Shown here: positions 13,537 through 25,575 of the stretch, in pieces
Numbering within the stretch: the stretch's first letter is position 1
Layout of the letters: each line of letters starts with the position of its first letter
From: Vezdaea acicularis
Taxonomy: Eukaryota
NCBI GenBank assembly: GCA_026025075.1
Contig: JAPEUI010000054.1
Span: forward strand, 1-64,000
DNA: 64,000 bases
Direction of reading: 5' to 3'
Translations under genes and position numbers: made by a program
The notes under the pieces: model-generated
The model's database searches: none
The model's input: only the letters and a program-made list of their open reading frames with translations
Told to the model about the DNA's origin: nothing

Positions 13537-13728
13537 ATTGGCGTTTTTTTTTGGGGGCCTCTGCTGTAGAGCGCGGGGGGTTGTGGGTTTGGCGGGACGC
13601 CGGGATTTGTTTTATCTGTTTTGGAGGAAGAGGGGGAGGGGGGGGGTTAGGGGCGCGGCCGTATGGTTGGACGGAGTGCATCTGGATACATACCAGCCAG
13701 CTCACGTCTCACGCGCAACCCCCTGCAG

Positions 13729-13776
13729 CCACACCCACACCCACCTCCACACCCACCTCCACACCCACCTCCACAC
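13729..13776 (+). repeat. 12-bp tandem repeat (CCACACCCACCT)x3 plus flanking partial copies
   Basis: ccacacccacacccacctccacacccacctccacacccacctccacac. Confidence 0.85.
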
Positions 13777-14335
13777 TTACAACTACTACAGCAGCGGCGA
13801 TATTTGCGGAGGAGGAAAGGCGTATTACCCCCCCTTCCCCGGGGAAGTTTCGGCCGAGGGGAAACTTTTTCTGGTATCCGGTCGTTATCTTATATCTTAT
13901 GGCTTAATGCCACCCTCTCCTCTCCACTCTCTCCACTTTCTCCACTCCGAATGGAGGATCTGTAAAAGAAAATGTCCTAGAAAGAATAGAAAGAAGAAGG
14001 AAATGTGCTCCAAGAAAATCACAGGGGAAATAAAATATCAGATCGTATATGTATAAGTGTAAGGACTGTGTTATGTAGAATCGTGATTATGGGAGTTGGT
14101 CTATTTGATGCTGTTTCCCCCACCCAAATTCCGCCGGGAGTCACTGGTGGGAGTCCGGCTCGGTCTCGCTCCTACGTGCGCGCCGGTTGGGATGTAGCTC
14201 AGGGGGAGACGAACAGAACATCCAGCACGAGATTTCTTTCATCATCTAGTCGGGGAGGTACGACCAGCCAGGACCAAGCGGGCGGGATTTTACTTTCTGT
14301 CGATGACATGAAGTTTTTCACCAGGATAGGGAGGT

Positions 14336-14367
14336 GATTGATTGATTGATTGATTGACTGACTGACT
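14336..14367. repeat. Compound (GATT)n(GACT)n microsatellite
   Basis: gattgattgattgattgattgactgactgact. Confidence 0.85.
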
Positions 14368-14738
14368 CAAGTGGCAATAACACCTGTCCGCGTCGACAAC
14401 CCGCAACCCGCAACCGGGGAGGGAACTTACACAAAGAAAGGGAAAGGGAAGGGGAAGGAGATGGTGGGGCGCCCAGTCAGCTGACCAGAGATAGCAGAGC
14501 AGAGCAGGATAAGAGCAAAAGACCGATGAGAGCTGGAAATGAAAGAGAAGCCAAGGAGAGAGCGATTCGAGGTCCGCCTAGAGTCCTAGAAGAGGAGGAT
14601 GAAGACACAAAAAAAGAGAGAAGAGGGAGTTAGATAGCAGGAGAACCATCCACCAACGCTTTCCTTCCGCCATCGTCTCGCTCATGGAAGCGTCATCACC
14701 ATCATCATCATCATCCCACGCGTACTTGGCTAAGAGCG

Positions 14739-16665
14739 CTAAAACCCATCTTCCTCGCCAATGGCCCACCCTCGATCCGTCACCCCTCTCCGTCCCCCCA
14801 TGCCATCACCACTAGTCTTGATCTTCGAGCCGCGATTCTCCTTGCGCTCTTCGGCCCCAGGCGGGGGACCAGAGGGCGTCTCGTTGAATCCCATATCCCA
14901 GGAGCTACTCATCATCTTGAGATGTTCCTTGCTGATCCCACGACCGCTCGCAGGCCTGGGTTTATTCTTCTTCTTTTCGCCGTCTGCACCGTCTTCTTCT
15001 TCTTCTGGGCCCGGAACATCCGCCATCTCCCAATGACTGCCGAAGACCTGGCGCGAGGCGGTGACGTTCGAGGCGACGCCGCCGAGCGGGTTGCGGCTCG
15101 ACGCCGCCGCGGCCTCGGCTTCGTGCCGCCGGGCGCTCTCCTCGTCTTCGTCGTAGATATGGTTCTCGTACAGCCCTTGGGCGCTCGCGCCGACGTTACT
15201 GGAACCCCCACGGGGGCGGCCGATGAAGGGTCGGTTCGTCTCGGGGGGGCCGGCATCCTCGAAGGCAAAGTGGGCCTCGGCGTCGCGGCGCGGCTTCGCG
15301 GCCTGCACGTATTTAGTCGGGCTCTTTGCCGCTTTGCCATCTTCCTCGTAGGACCAGTCGAAGTGGCGCACGTCCTGCCCGCGAACTTTCCCCTGGACCT
15401 TGGCGGGCGTGGAGAAGTCAGCAAAATCCCATTGCGAGCCGTGTTGGGATTTGGCGGTTGTGGGGCGTGAAGCAGGGATAGGGTCCGCGGAACCATCGTC
15501 CAGGTTGAAGTGCTGGTACTTCTGAGGGGAGACCTTGAAGGGGCTATCGGAGGTGCCAGGGGTCGTGTCGGCGCCTTGGTCGAGGGAGAAGTGCTGATAT
15601 TTCGTCGAGTGCGCTTTCGCCATGCGTTCTTTGTCGTCAGGGGCCGCGACATCGTTCTCACCGCCGTTGTCAAAGAGGCGCGAAGGCGCATAGTGCGAGC
15701 CGGCGCCGCCTTTAGGGGCAGGCCGGGTGCTGGTAGATGGTTTGGTGGGCTCGTCAACGTCGAACAGGCGCGAGGGCGCGTAGTTACGGCCGTTTGCACC
15801 TTTGGGGTGAGCAGCGCTGGATTCGGGCCGGGTTGGCGAGCGGTTTTCTTTCTTGCGAGCGGCGACAGGGGTCGCGTCGGCGGACTTGTCGGAGTCGTGG
15901 CCTACGAAGAGGTCGTGAAAATCGCGCTGGGGAGGCCTGGCAGAGGCTTTGAGGGCAACCGAAGGGTTGTACTTTGGTGATTGGTCATTTTCCCTAGAGC
16001 CAAACAAAGATAGAGAAGCGTGAGGGTCTCCAGTCACATTTCCGTTCGCCTTGGGAACCCGGCTGGTGATTACGGTCTCGTCGATGTTGGGCACGGGAAA
16101 TGTTTCGTGAGCGGACTTCTCCTTGCCCTTGGCGGCCAACGCATGACTTGAAGCAATCAGGCGAACTTGTTCGGGCCCGTCACGAATGGGCCAATTCCGA
16201 CCTCGGGCTCCGATCACTTCGAGGTGCTTGAGGAGAGAAGCTTGGTCCCAGTGTAGACGGATTTGATGGATCTTGCCCGCGGCATTGAAGTGGACGATGT
16301 GAATCTGGAACCCGACTGATGTTAGTAAATGTAAAGAACGTTACGGAAGTAGTGTTTACAATTGGAAGCGTAACGATGCGATCTGCAATAAAGTTGTCGT
16401 CCAGGCCAGGCAGATATGCGCCTCCTCCAGACACAAATTGAATGGTTGTTTCCACCTCAAGAGAGAGCCTGCCATTGCTGACATCCTCCACGGCCGAGAT
16501 GACCTTCTGCTCTTTTCTCTTGAGCTGCGGAGAGGTCAAATTCTTGATGATCTTGGGCGGTTCATGAAAGGTCGTAAGAGTCGTCACATAGTGCAGAGAG
16601 GCATCATTCGCCAGCAGAGCAGCCGATGGAGATGCTAGGAATTGTTCATACTCAGCCTTCGACAT
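14739..16665 (-). CDS. NTF2-like domain protein with a long, repetitive disordered C-terminus; exons 16665-16360 and 16304-14739
   Basis: MSKAEYEQFLASPS...GGGAYLPGLDDNF...IVTLPI|IHIVHFNAAGKIHQIRLHWDQASLL resembles the NTF2/SnoaL beta-sheet end. Intron 16305-16359 (GTAAAC...CTAAC...CAG) keeps frame. Confidence 0.8.
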
Positions 16666-17841
16666 TTTGTACGTAGCGCATAGAATGTTTGCGAAGAATG
16701 AAGAAGATGCAGGAGGATGTTGAAAGCTAAGGAGGTGGTGCTCGGGGAAGCAGCATACAGGAGTCTGAGTGGGAGTGAGGTGAAAGTGCGGGTTGTTTGT
16801 TGCTTGAAAAAGCAGTTGCCGTGGCCAAGCGAGCTCTTCGCTTGGTTTCAGGGTGGGATGTTGACGGACGGTCAACCAGCGGCACGGGACTGCCAGACGC
16901 CCTCAGAGACTCCCCGGCCAATGCTACTCACGGGGAATGCTGCAAAGGTCTGTCTGTATACACGTGCGACTCTCCAGTCTTTCATCGCCGTTCGCCATGC
17001 CGATAAGGAACCCATTGCCCGCCCGTGAACGATCGATCGCAAGCTGGGCTTCCATGCCCCGCGTGCAAGCTCCCCCTAACACGGGCGCACCGTTATCGAC
17101 AACGACGGGGCGACGCGCCATCTCGAAGCGACTAGCCTGAAAGAGCTCTGGCATCGCGACCGGCGCCCACACCACGTTTCAGTGCGACCTGAGAGCCCAA
17201 TCAGCGCCTTTAATCCAGGCCTCTTAGCCTTGCGGAAGCCCAGCTGGCCTCCGCTGCGTGTGAATGGTGACCGGTGCAGCCGTTCCTGCAGACGGGAATT
17301 CTTGACGTTCCGCCTTGAACCCTACACGCATGATGCTACTGTACGAGGAAAGGGGATCGTACAACTGTTGTGCTTATTCGCTCGAACTGATTGTCTCCAC
17401 ACTGGTAGAGCAGACGTACTTTTGAATTCGCATTGGTCGATCTCGAATACGTCAATCTAATTCGTTCGGACCCGTACATCGATTTCAAGCGGATCAAGAG
17501 CTGGCCAGTTAAATTACCGTAGGTACTGTCAACACCTTTCGATATCGCCGAAAAGAAAACTCCATAAAATTGAAAATAAACCCATTCCACACAACCCAAC
17601 CCGAAACAAAACAGAGAAAATACGCAGATGAGGTTTAATGCGAGAAAGAGGGGATGGGGACGAAGTATTCTAGCACGAAATGATATGATTCTCTGGACTT
17701 GCTCAAACGAACAGGACGATGGAGAGGGCATGTTTCAACTCTCGCTATCGGACTGGTTATTTTGTCGACCTTGTGGTATATTCCAACGTTCTATTGGACA
17801 GTGAGCCCGTGCTTTTATGATTGTAATCTATAAATGGACTA

Positions 17842-18844
17842 CTATATCTTATCTTCATATCTGTGGAGTAATCTATCCTCCACACCGTCAAGCACACAAA
17901 TGTGTTCTGTGACCTCAAGGTTCTCTGCCTCACCCTGAAACAATTTATCAGGGTCTGAACCAGGTCCAAATGGGTTGGCGCCGCCTGCACCGGGATTCAT
18001 CTGTGCCATCTGCTGGCTCATTTGGTTCGCAGCTGAAACCCGCGTTAGCACTTCTTGCGAATTAATTAGAGGGTAACATAGGATTACAATTATCATCACC
18101 GAGGATGAACGTAAACACCGACTGCAATCCGAAAAGATTGAGGAAGTACCACGAAAGCGATGATACCCATCGCACATCAAGATCCTGTGTCGCAACGCCT
18201 GACTGTAACATTGACTTGAATCTGATCGTTAAGGGGAAAGGCAGTTTCACTGAGACCAAATATTAGCCCATTGTTCATGGTCCTGACTACGAGATATTCT
18301 CACTTATGACAAAGCCCGCGAAGAACGCGTTGATCCACCCCATGATCAGAGTCTGCGGAATAATCATTGCCATATTCCCCTTCATCATGCCCATCATGGC
18401 CTCCATTCCAGCCGGATCTGTCATTGGATTTGCTGGTGGCTGACCCTTAGTCTCTGGGTCTTTAAGGAATTGGCCAGTCTTATACGCCTCGACCATGTAG
18501 GCTTTTCGGGCTGCGAATGAGGGTGCGGTCAGAACGGAGGCATTGTTGCGGAGGTTGATGCCTTGGAGAAGGGATCGCTGTTCCCGGAGCGCGCGGAGTT
18601 CTTGCGGTTTCGGCGCTGATTGCATGAGGACTGTTGCATAATGTCGAAGGATACCGGTCAGAATCTAGGAGGGTTAGAAAGGGGGATTGGGGGGTAGTAT
18701 TGGTGGTCTACCATGACAATTGTGATTGGGAAGAGGATCCAATAACTATAGGGAGCTTTCGTTAGGCCACGAACGAGGAATAGGCGCATAGACTTACAAC
18801 AGCTCCGGATCCCTTGGGATCACCTGAGGCACTGGTTGCGCCAT
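17842..18844 (-). CDS. EMC3: ER membrane protein complex subunit 3, 5 exons
   Basis: [37 protein letters not shown]...[40 protein letters not shown]...[15 protein letters not shown] are the EMC3/DUF106 motifs. Confidence 0.95.
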
Positions 18845-19089
18845 GGTGATTTTCAGAAGTTCCTGGTTCCTGACCCCACAGTAGGAAGAGCTCACATTAA
18901 ATGAGGTCGCTATTCAAACCACGGGAAAAGTAGTAGGTGCCCTATTGCTTGCCGTACTCAGTACGGCAAACCATAGAACAAATCGCGTGAAGAGACACCT
19001 TGCAGGACTCGCGAACCCCGATCCTCGAAATCTAAGCATAAATCTCAGGCAATCGCTTTTGGATCTACAGAACTCTAGATCTGAGCAAG

Positions 19090-19873
19090 ATGTCTTCCCA
19101 GGCTTCCCGGATAAATCCTTACTCACTTCCGGGTATGTCAATAAGCACAGCGCTCCTCTGGAGTATTTCTCTCGCGCAAAGTATTAACCGCAAATAGATC
19201 TCAAGAACACAACAGATGAAGCTTTACCAAATTACTTGACCTCAATTAAGTTCACTCAAAAACATACATATACAGATGTTCGACTCGCACTTGGATATAC
19301 AGCTGTAGCTATAGCAGGGGCTCTATTTTACTTTGACTATAAACTTGGCTGGGAGAAGACGAAGGCTTGGACTCTAGTAGCGTGCATCGTATATTTCGCG
19401 CTAAACTCAGCGCTCACGTACTGGATATGGGGAGTCGAAAAGGGCCGGGTATTCGTAGGAGAACATAAAGGAGTCCAGGTTAGTCCTTCTCGCTCGAATA
19501 TCCAGAATTACATATGCTTTTAAAGTAGGGGCTTACGGAGACCTTCCAGCTATCATTACAATCATCTACCGAGAAGCATACACCAGTGTATGAGCTTCGA
19601 GTATCATACACAAAGCCAGGGAATTCAGAAGAATATACATTTTACATCAAGGCACCCTTCACGCGGTGGTTCACGGAGGACGGCTTCTTTCAAAGCAAAC
19701 CGTTCCAGCAGTGGCTGGCTACAGAGATTCCGCCCATTGGTAAAGCGGATCCCAAGAACGTGGTGAAAGGAGAGAAGGTTGTGAAGCAGGTTACGGCGGC
19801 GAACGCCGGTGCGGCAATGCAGGACATTGCGGCGAGCACGGCTCAGGGTACGAGGAATAGAAAAGCGCGCTGA
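19090..19873 (+). CDS. SPC2: Signal peptidase complex subunit SPC25/SPCS2; exons 19090-19132, 19198-19478, 19550-19873
   Basis: YSLP|DLKNTTDEALPNYL...TDVRLALGY, two TM helices, then APFTRWFTEDG. The introns keep frame. Confidence 0.92.
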
Positions 19874-20290
19874 CTACGGTCTTGTGACATTTGTCACCTA
19901 TGTATTATAGCATGATTAGACTTTTGAAGGTACCTAAAGTGCAAAACTCCACGCCTCCACGCATTGAAAACTTGAATTGTATATGGTAACCTGTGTTTGG
20001 CTGTGGGTAGCAACGTGGCACTACATCCCTGCAATAATTTGTGGAAGCCGAACGAGCCTTCTCATACTCAATTGCCCCCAGTCGAACACCCCAACACATG
20101 AAGACCAATGCGGTTTTGGTGTTTTGCTAACAATTGTAAGTAAAAGTGTCGCCGGAATCCCACATCTTCGATTGTTCCAGAGTTCAAGTACAGCTTTGTA
20201 TTTTGAACGCGTCTTCTTGTAGGAGAAATACTGCATCCCGGCCCTCGTCGTAGCATAACTCAGAGGCCGAATAGCTAACATCAACCCGCC

Positions 20291-21685
20291 ATGCCTAGAC
20301 TCCAGCGACATTTGCTCGACGCCGGGCGTCCTGAGATGACCAGCGTTCGTCGCCCAAGCCCATTGCGCAGCACTGAAGACCACGAAGACGAACCAAATCC
20401 CATCCAGTCAGATCCGTCCACGCCGAACGATGCTGGTCAAGCATCATCCAGAAAGAGGAAGAGGGGTACTGGAAAGGCGCGAGAGGCAGAGACAAATGGC
20501 TACATTACTCAACCCCAGCCCCCAGCGGTGGGCATTAAACCCGCGGTCTTAGAAGCCACATTTCTCTTCATACCCGTGATGGGCATGCTAAGCTTTATCT
20601 TTGGCGGATGCTGTTTGAACGTCTACGCTCTAGAGGCGCTCTTATCATACGAACCGCACGCAGGAATCTTGCTCACGTTCACCCAATTCATTTTCGTTGC
20701 AATTGTAGCGTTGCCCTCCCAAATCTCCTTCTCGAACCCCCCGCTATTCCTGAAACCGAGAGAGATACCCCTGCTTCGCTGGTGTCCCTATATTGCCCTT
20801 TTCTTTGCTGTCAACATCTTGAATAACTATGCCTTCGGCTTCAAGATATCGGTCCCGGTCCATATAATACTTCGCTCAGGGGGCAGCATAACGACGATGG
20901 GTGTTGGGTGGTTATGGGGCAAGCGCTATGCGAGTAGACATGTGTTTGCTGTTCTGCTACTCACATTGGGGGTTCTGATTGCGGCTGTAGCCGATGCTGG
21001 GGCAAAGGTATGAATACAAGTGCGTTTTGTAAACTCAATCTAACGTCACATACAGGGCAAGATAGAATCTAACCCAGAAAAGTCCGCTCAAGACCTATTC
21101 ACATTCATTGCTGGCCTTGGGATCTTGTTTGTGGCCCAAGTCCTGTCCGCGATCATGGGCCTCTACACGCAAGCAACTTACGAAAAGTACGGTAACCACT
21201 GGCAAGAAAACTTGTTCTACAGCCACGTTCTCTCCCTACCCCTGTTCGCGCCCTTTTACTCCACCATACTTGAACAACTCAAGGACTTCATATCGTCCTA
21301 TCCACTCGTTTATGTGAAATCTCCACGGTCAGTTCCGTCGGATGATTTCAAGTACGGGATCCCACTCAGGTTAGTTTTAACGGCAGCGAACAGCGTCACG
21401 CAATACGCCTGTATTCGTGGAGTTCACATGCTGGCAGCTCGCACTTCAGCGTTGACAGTCACCATCGTGCTCAATGTTCGAAAGTTAGTTAGTCTTTTCC
21501 TCAGCATTTACCTGTTTGGCAACTACTTGCCGCCTGGGGTTGTAGTTGGTGCCTTCATCGTCTTTGTAGCGGGTGGGATATATTCTTTAGAGAGCCAACG
21601 TCAAGCAACAGAAAGACAACAGGCAAAAGCAGAAGCGCGGGCGCAGATGCATCTGGGGGTGAATGGAAAAGCCAAGGAAAACTGA
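20291..21685 (+). CDS. YEA4: UAA-family nucleotide-sugar (UDP-GlcNAc/UDP-xylose) transporter; exons 20291-21007 and 21056-21685
   Basis: Motifs IFGGCCLNVYALE, LLTFTQF, NNYAFGFKISVPVHIILRSGG, WQENLFYSH, TQYACIRGV and LNVRKLVSL match Yea4/SLC35B4. Confidence 0.92.
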
Positions 21686-21925
21686 CGAGGAGCCTTCTAT
21701 CCTCGTGAGTTGAGCTTCTCTGCGCTGGATGAAGTAGATGAGCATCAATGTCAATGATAGAAATTTGAGTTTTGGCCAAGGAACCTCGTGATTAATTTTC
21801 CTATCCGACATGAACGAGTTGGGGCAAGCAGTTTATGTTTGCCGGTGACACGATAATGCGTTTCAACTCAAGTCCCACTTTGAGCACCACATCCCTTCCA
21901 GCATTCCATACCAGCATAATATATC

Positions 21926-22661
21926 CTACTTCAAAGGAATAAATCTCGATGAGTGTGTAGCACCAATACCTGGCCGACCGTGCTTTACAGGCCTGTACGA
22001 GATCGAGAATTCGCCCAGATAATGTCCCACCATTTCCGGCTTAATTTCGACCTGGTTGAACTCCTTGCCCGAGTAGATTCCAATAACCGACCCAATCATC
22101 TCCGGAACCACAATCATATCTCGTAGGTGAGTCTTAACAAGGTCGGGCTTCTCATTTGGCTTGGCTTCTTGCTTGGCTTTTCGGAGTTTCTTGATCAGGC
22201 CCATAGGCTTTCGCTTTAAACCGCGGTTGAACCGACGCCGAGCTCGGGCATGGACGACATCACGGAGTTGTTCGGAGGAGAGATCAAGGAGTCTAGCGAG
22301 TTTTGATGAGTACAAAATCGTGAGGAATAAAGACAAGATGAGCTCACTGGTCGAGATCGATTCCTCTGTAGGAGAATTTACGGAAGGCTCTGCGCTTCTT
22401 GAGCTCTGTAAGACGTCAATGTCAGCACTCGGTACACCTTCTTCATCATAACGATCGAATCCATATTTTGCCGCTCTTGAGCAAGTATGAATCGCAATGC
22501 AATTGCAGAGCATCTTCAGCGTGGCTCGAGATGTGCTGCAAACGTACCAGCTGCCTCTTCGGCGTTCTATCAATTACAGCATTAGCATCAGCATCGCACA
22601 CTCTTTGAAACTAAGGCACAGCAAACATGATAAGAAGGCTTACATATTCAGCATCCGCCAT
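21926..22661 (-). CDS. RPS15: 40S ribosomal protein S15 (uS19), 4 exons
   Basis: [40 protein letters not shown]...[20 protein letters not shown]. Confidence 0.98.
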
Positions 22662-23154
22662 AGTGGATGTCTAGGATCTTTTAGAGCGGTCTTCGTAGAT
22701 CCTCAGGAAACATTTACTGGTGAGCAGTAGTCTTGCTTGTCGGAGTTTCAGTTATTTGGCAGGCACTCGCTGCGGTATCGCTAAGCGAGAATTGGCAGTC
22801 TTGTGTGGTAGGGCTTAAGCCGCGCTTCTTGGCGAATGTTTTGGAGGTTTATCTGGTGGCGCAACCTCCACTAAAGAATATTTCAAGGGCACTTTTCGGC
22901 TCGCCTCATTGTGGGTAGCTGCATATTGAGAGTATTTCATGACTCAAGTGTCAACTCATTTGTATGACGGCTAGATTGGCAAGAACACGAGTCATACGAA
23001 GGTTGGGATTGCTAAGACATGAGCAGATACAGAGTACCAACTCGTTGTAGACACTCAGGTTGAGATATCTTCCTGTGCTCGTAGACTACTTCTGAATCTT
23101 CAAGCTAGAAAGATGCACATCATAGCTTGAGCAAAAACCACGCGGGAGAGTTGC

Positions 23155-23595
23155 TTAGTCGAAGAGACCGAAACCCATGTCTTCATCAGACACATCTGTA
23201 TCATCTCCATTCTTTCCATTATCTCCCTTAGGTTCCACCTCAGCTGGAGCTGCGCCACCGGCAGCAGCACCACCAGAAGCAGCCCCTCCTCCACTTCCTC
23301 CAGATGGGACAGACGCAAGCTTGGACGAGCCTTCTGCGATCAACTACGTAAGAGAGGTTAGCATAGTTTTCCTAGTTATATCCACTCACTATATCATAGC
23401 ACTTGAGCCTGTTAGTAGGTGGAGAGCATGATTTACCTCAGATATGTTCTTGCCCTTAAGCTCTGAGATCAACTTGTCCAACCGATCATCATCTGCCTCG
23501 ATACCAACGGAGTCGAGTACGTCTTTGACGTCGGAAGCCGAGGGCGAAGTGTTGCCGCCAAGGCCGAGAAGCAGATATGCTGCGAGGTGCTTCAT
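23155..23595 (-). CDS. RPP2: 60S acidic ribosomal protein P2, 2 coding exons
   Basis: [15 protein letters not shown]...|[16 protein letters not shown]...[11 protein letters not shown]. Confidence 0.97.
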
Positions 23596-23605
23596 GTTGA
23601 AATTT

Positions 23606-23715
23606 CTACGGAGTTGTTAGTCCTCTAAGAATGCTCTTATACCAATTTTCGGTGCCGAGTCGAGCATATTCTGATTGAGAATACGTTTTAAGTGTCAGAG
23701 CGAGATTGCACTCAC
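23606..23715 (-). other. 5' UTR intron of RPP2
   Basis: On the minus strand, GTGAGT...GACTAAC...CCGTAG ends 10 nt before the ATG. Confidence 0.75.
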
Positions 23716-24187
23716 TCGATAAATTTGAAAAAAGAGAACAAGAGATTCAATCACTTTAACCGCAGGTTGGGCGGAGACTGAAACGTCAGGTTCTTAACTG
23801 AGAAAAGACTGCTGGGGATGACTTTTTTAAGACCCAAACAGCGCAGGCTCAATATTCGCAAGTTTGAGTGGGGGCTCGCTAAAGTGGGCCTACCGCAGCC
23901 CTAAACTCAAGAAAGTTCGAGACGCCAAGTCTATGCGTCCTATTGGTTGCGCTAGCCCGAACTCCGATAACATCTTACGATCTGTCGTGCCTTAACTATA
24001 ACTCGTAATATACCAACCGTCTATCCCACCAGCTTTCAAGTTGTACGATCTTTGTATCATCCTCTCTCACATTTCCATGGGCAAAATCTTCTCGTCTGAG
24101 CAATGATGCTCCACATATAGTCCATCCGCGCCGTAGTCGGTCACATTAATTCTCGTATCCTCGAGCCCCACTGGGGTTGTAGGCAAT

Positions 24188-25185
24188 ATGAGTGTAAGCC
24201 ACCTCATTTTTGTATCAAAAGTTCACCAGTCCGGGAGCTGACGTAGGCATGCTTCTAGTTCCTCAACTCTATTCTAGCCAGTGTTACTCGCGATAATGAC
24301 GCGCCTCCGCCTGTTATCATCCCACCAGCGTACAAGCCAAAACCAAAGGGACCAGGGACAGCTGAGGGATCCGAGACAATCCTTGATTCTATTGATACGA
24401 AGAAACGAAAGGCGGAGAGTAATGTGGATATGACTCAGAGCAAGACGCCACGTCTTGAAGGCTCCTCGAAGGTCCATGGTAATGGCACAAAGACGCTTGA
24501 CAAGAATGGCTCGAAAAATGGTGTAGGTGGAAACGCGAATCCTATCATGCGTGCTGAGAAGCCGAAGCCAAAGAAAGGCTCCTTCGCTGAGATTATGTCA
24601 CGAGCTGCTTCTACTTCAACTGTGGGCATGATTCAGCATAAGCGCCTGACTCCACAAGAGAGAAGGGAACAAAGGAGGTTGGATAAGCTTCGTTATCGGA
24701 AGGGGAAAGCCATCAAACCTACAACTTCTAAAGTAGAGCCAACAAAACCTGCTGTAGCTAAGGATACTAAGGACAACAAGGAAAATGCTGGAAAGAAAAG
24801 TTCTCTATCTGGACCCGCTTACAAAGGCACTGCTCGGCCCAAGAAGGAAGTAAACGCTTATAAAGGAACGGCCCATCTAAGGGGTACAAAACTTGCAGCT
24901 GGCACTTCAGCCAATAACAGATCTCGTAGCAGCTCTTCTGGTCCAAGTCGTGACGCTCGTTACGCCAAATCATCAGAGGAAGAAGAAGACGATGAGGACG
25001 ATTACGAATCCGACGCATCTTCAGACATGGAGGCCGACCCGATGGAGCTGGAGTTTGAGGAGCGCAAGGCTACTAGGATTGCCCTGAAAGAAGATGAAGA
25101 CGCTCTGCGTGAAGAGGAACGGCTTAGACGGGAGAAAGAAGCTCGAAGAAAGCGTCTGGGCGGTCTTGCTGCCAAGCATCGTTGA
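24188..25185 (+). CDS. SPT2: SPT2 chromatin protein; exons 24188-24193 and 24259-25185
   Basis: MS|FLNSILAS N-terminus, KKGSFAEIM and YKGTAR motifs, and the C-terminal SSDMEA...EERKATRIALKEDEDALREEERLRREK SPT2 signature. Confidence 0.85.
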
Positions 25186-25575
25186 GCAGAGTGCTATGCT
25201 ATACGACCACACCCCTTCCCTTTGTGAATTTAGCGGTCTTCACCTTGTCTTTTATTACAATAGCCATGTTGCGCAAGATGTCCTCGGTAGTGAGCTTGTC
25301 ATCTTTTTCTTCACACGGCATCGACAATAATTATACGGCAGCATCGGCGTTTAGCATCATGGTGCTTGGGAACTGGCCAGGAGGATGTTTTCGGCTTTGG
25401 AGTTCAGCTCAAGTTTTGTGGTTCTCTGCCGCCTAGAATTCTCGCTTGCAAGAAGGGACGCAGATAGCTTCATGATTTAGAATAAATCTTGCACACATAC
25501 GAAGCGTTCACTTGACATGTTCATCAGTTCTTGAGAAACTTCCTTATCGACGCTATATACAATCCAATGTGAAAT

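Noticed and set aside
12222..15799. Long antisense or alternative-frame ORFs over the TF and NTF2-like genes
   Set aside because: Shadow ORFs caused by high GC at third codon positions of the real genes.
17335..17560. Short hairpins (TGTACGA/TCGTACA; GACGTA/TACGTC) and a TGGTAGAGC D-loop-like word
   Set aside because: No cloverleaf, T-loop or snoRNA/snRNA boxes could be built; an Infernal/Rfam scan would settle it.
22406..22547. Intronic C/D snoRNA in RPS15 intron 2 (ATGATGA on the minus strand)
   Set aside because: The C-box-like word is too close to the branch point, with no separate D box or guide region.
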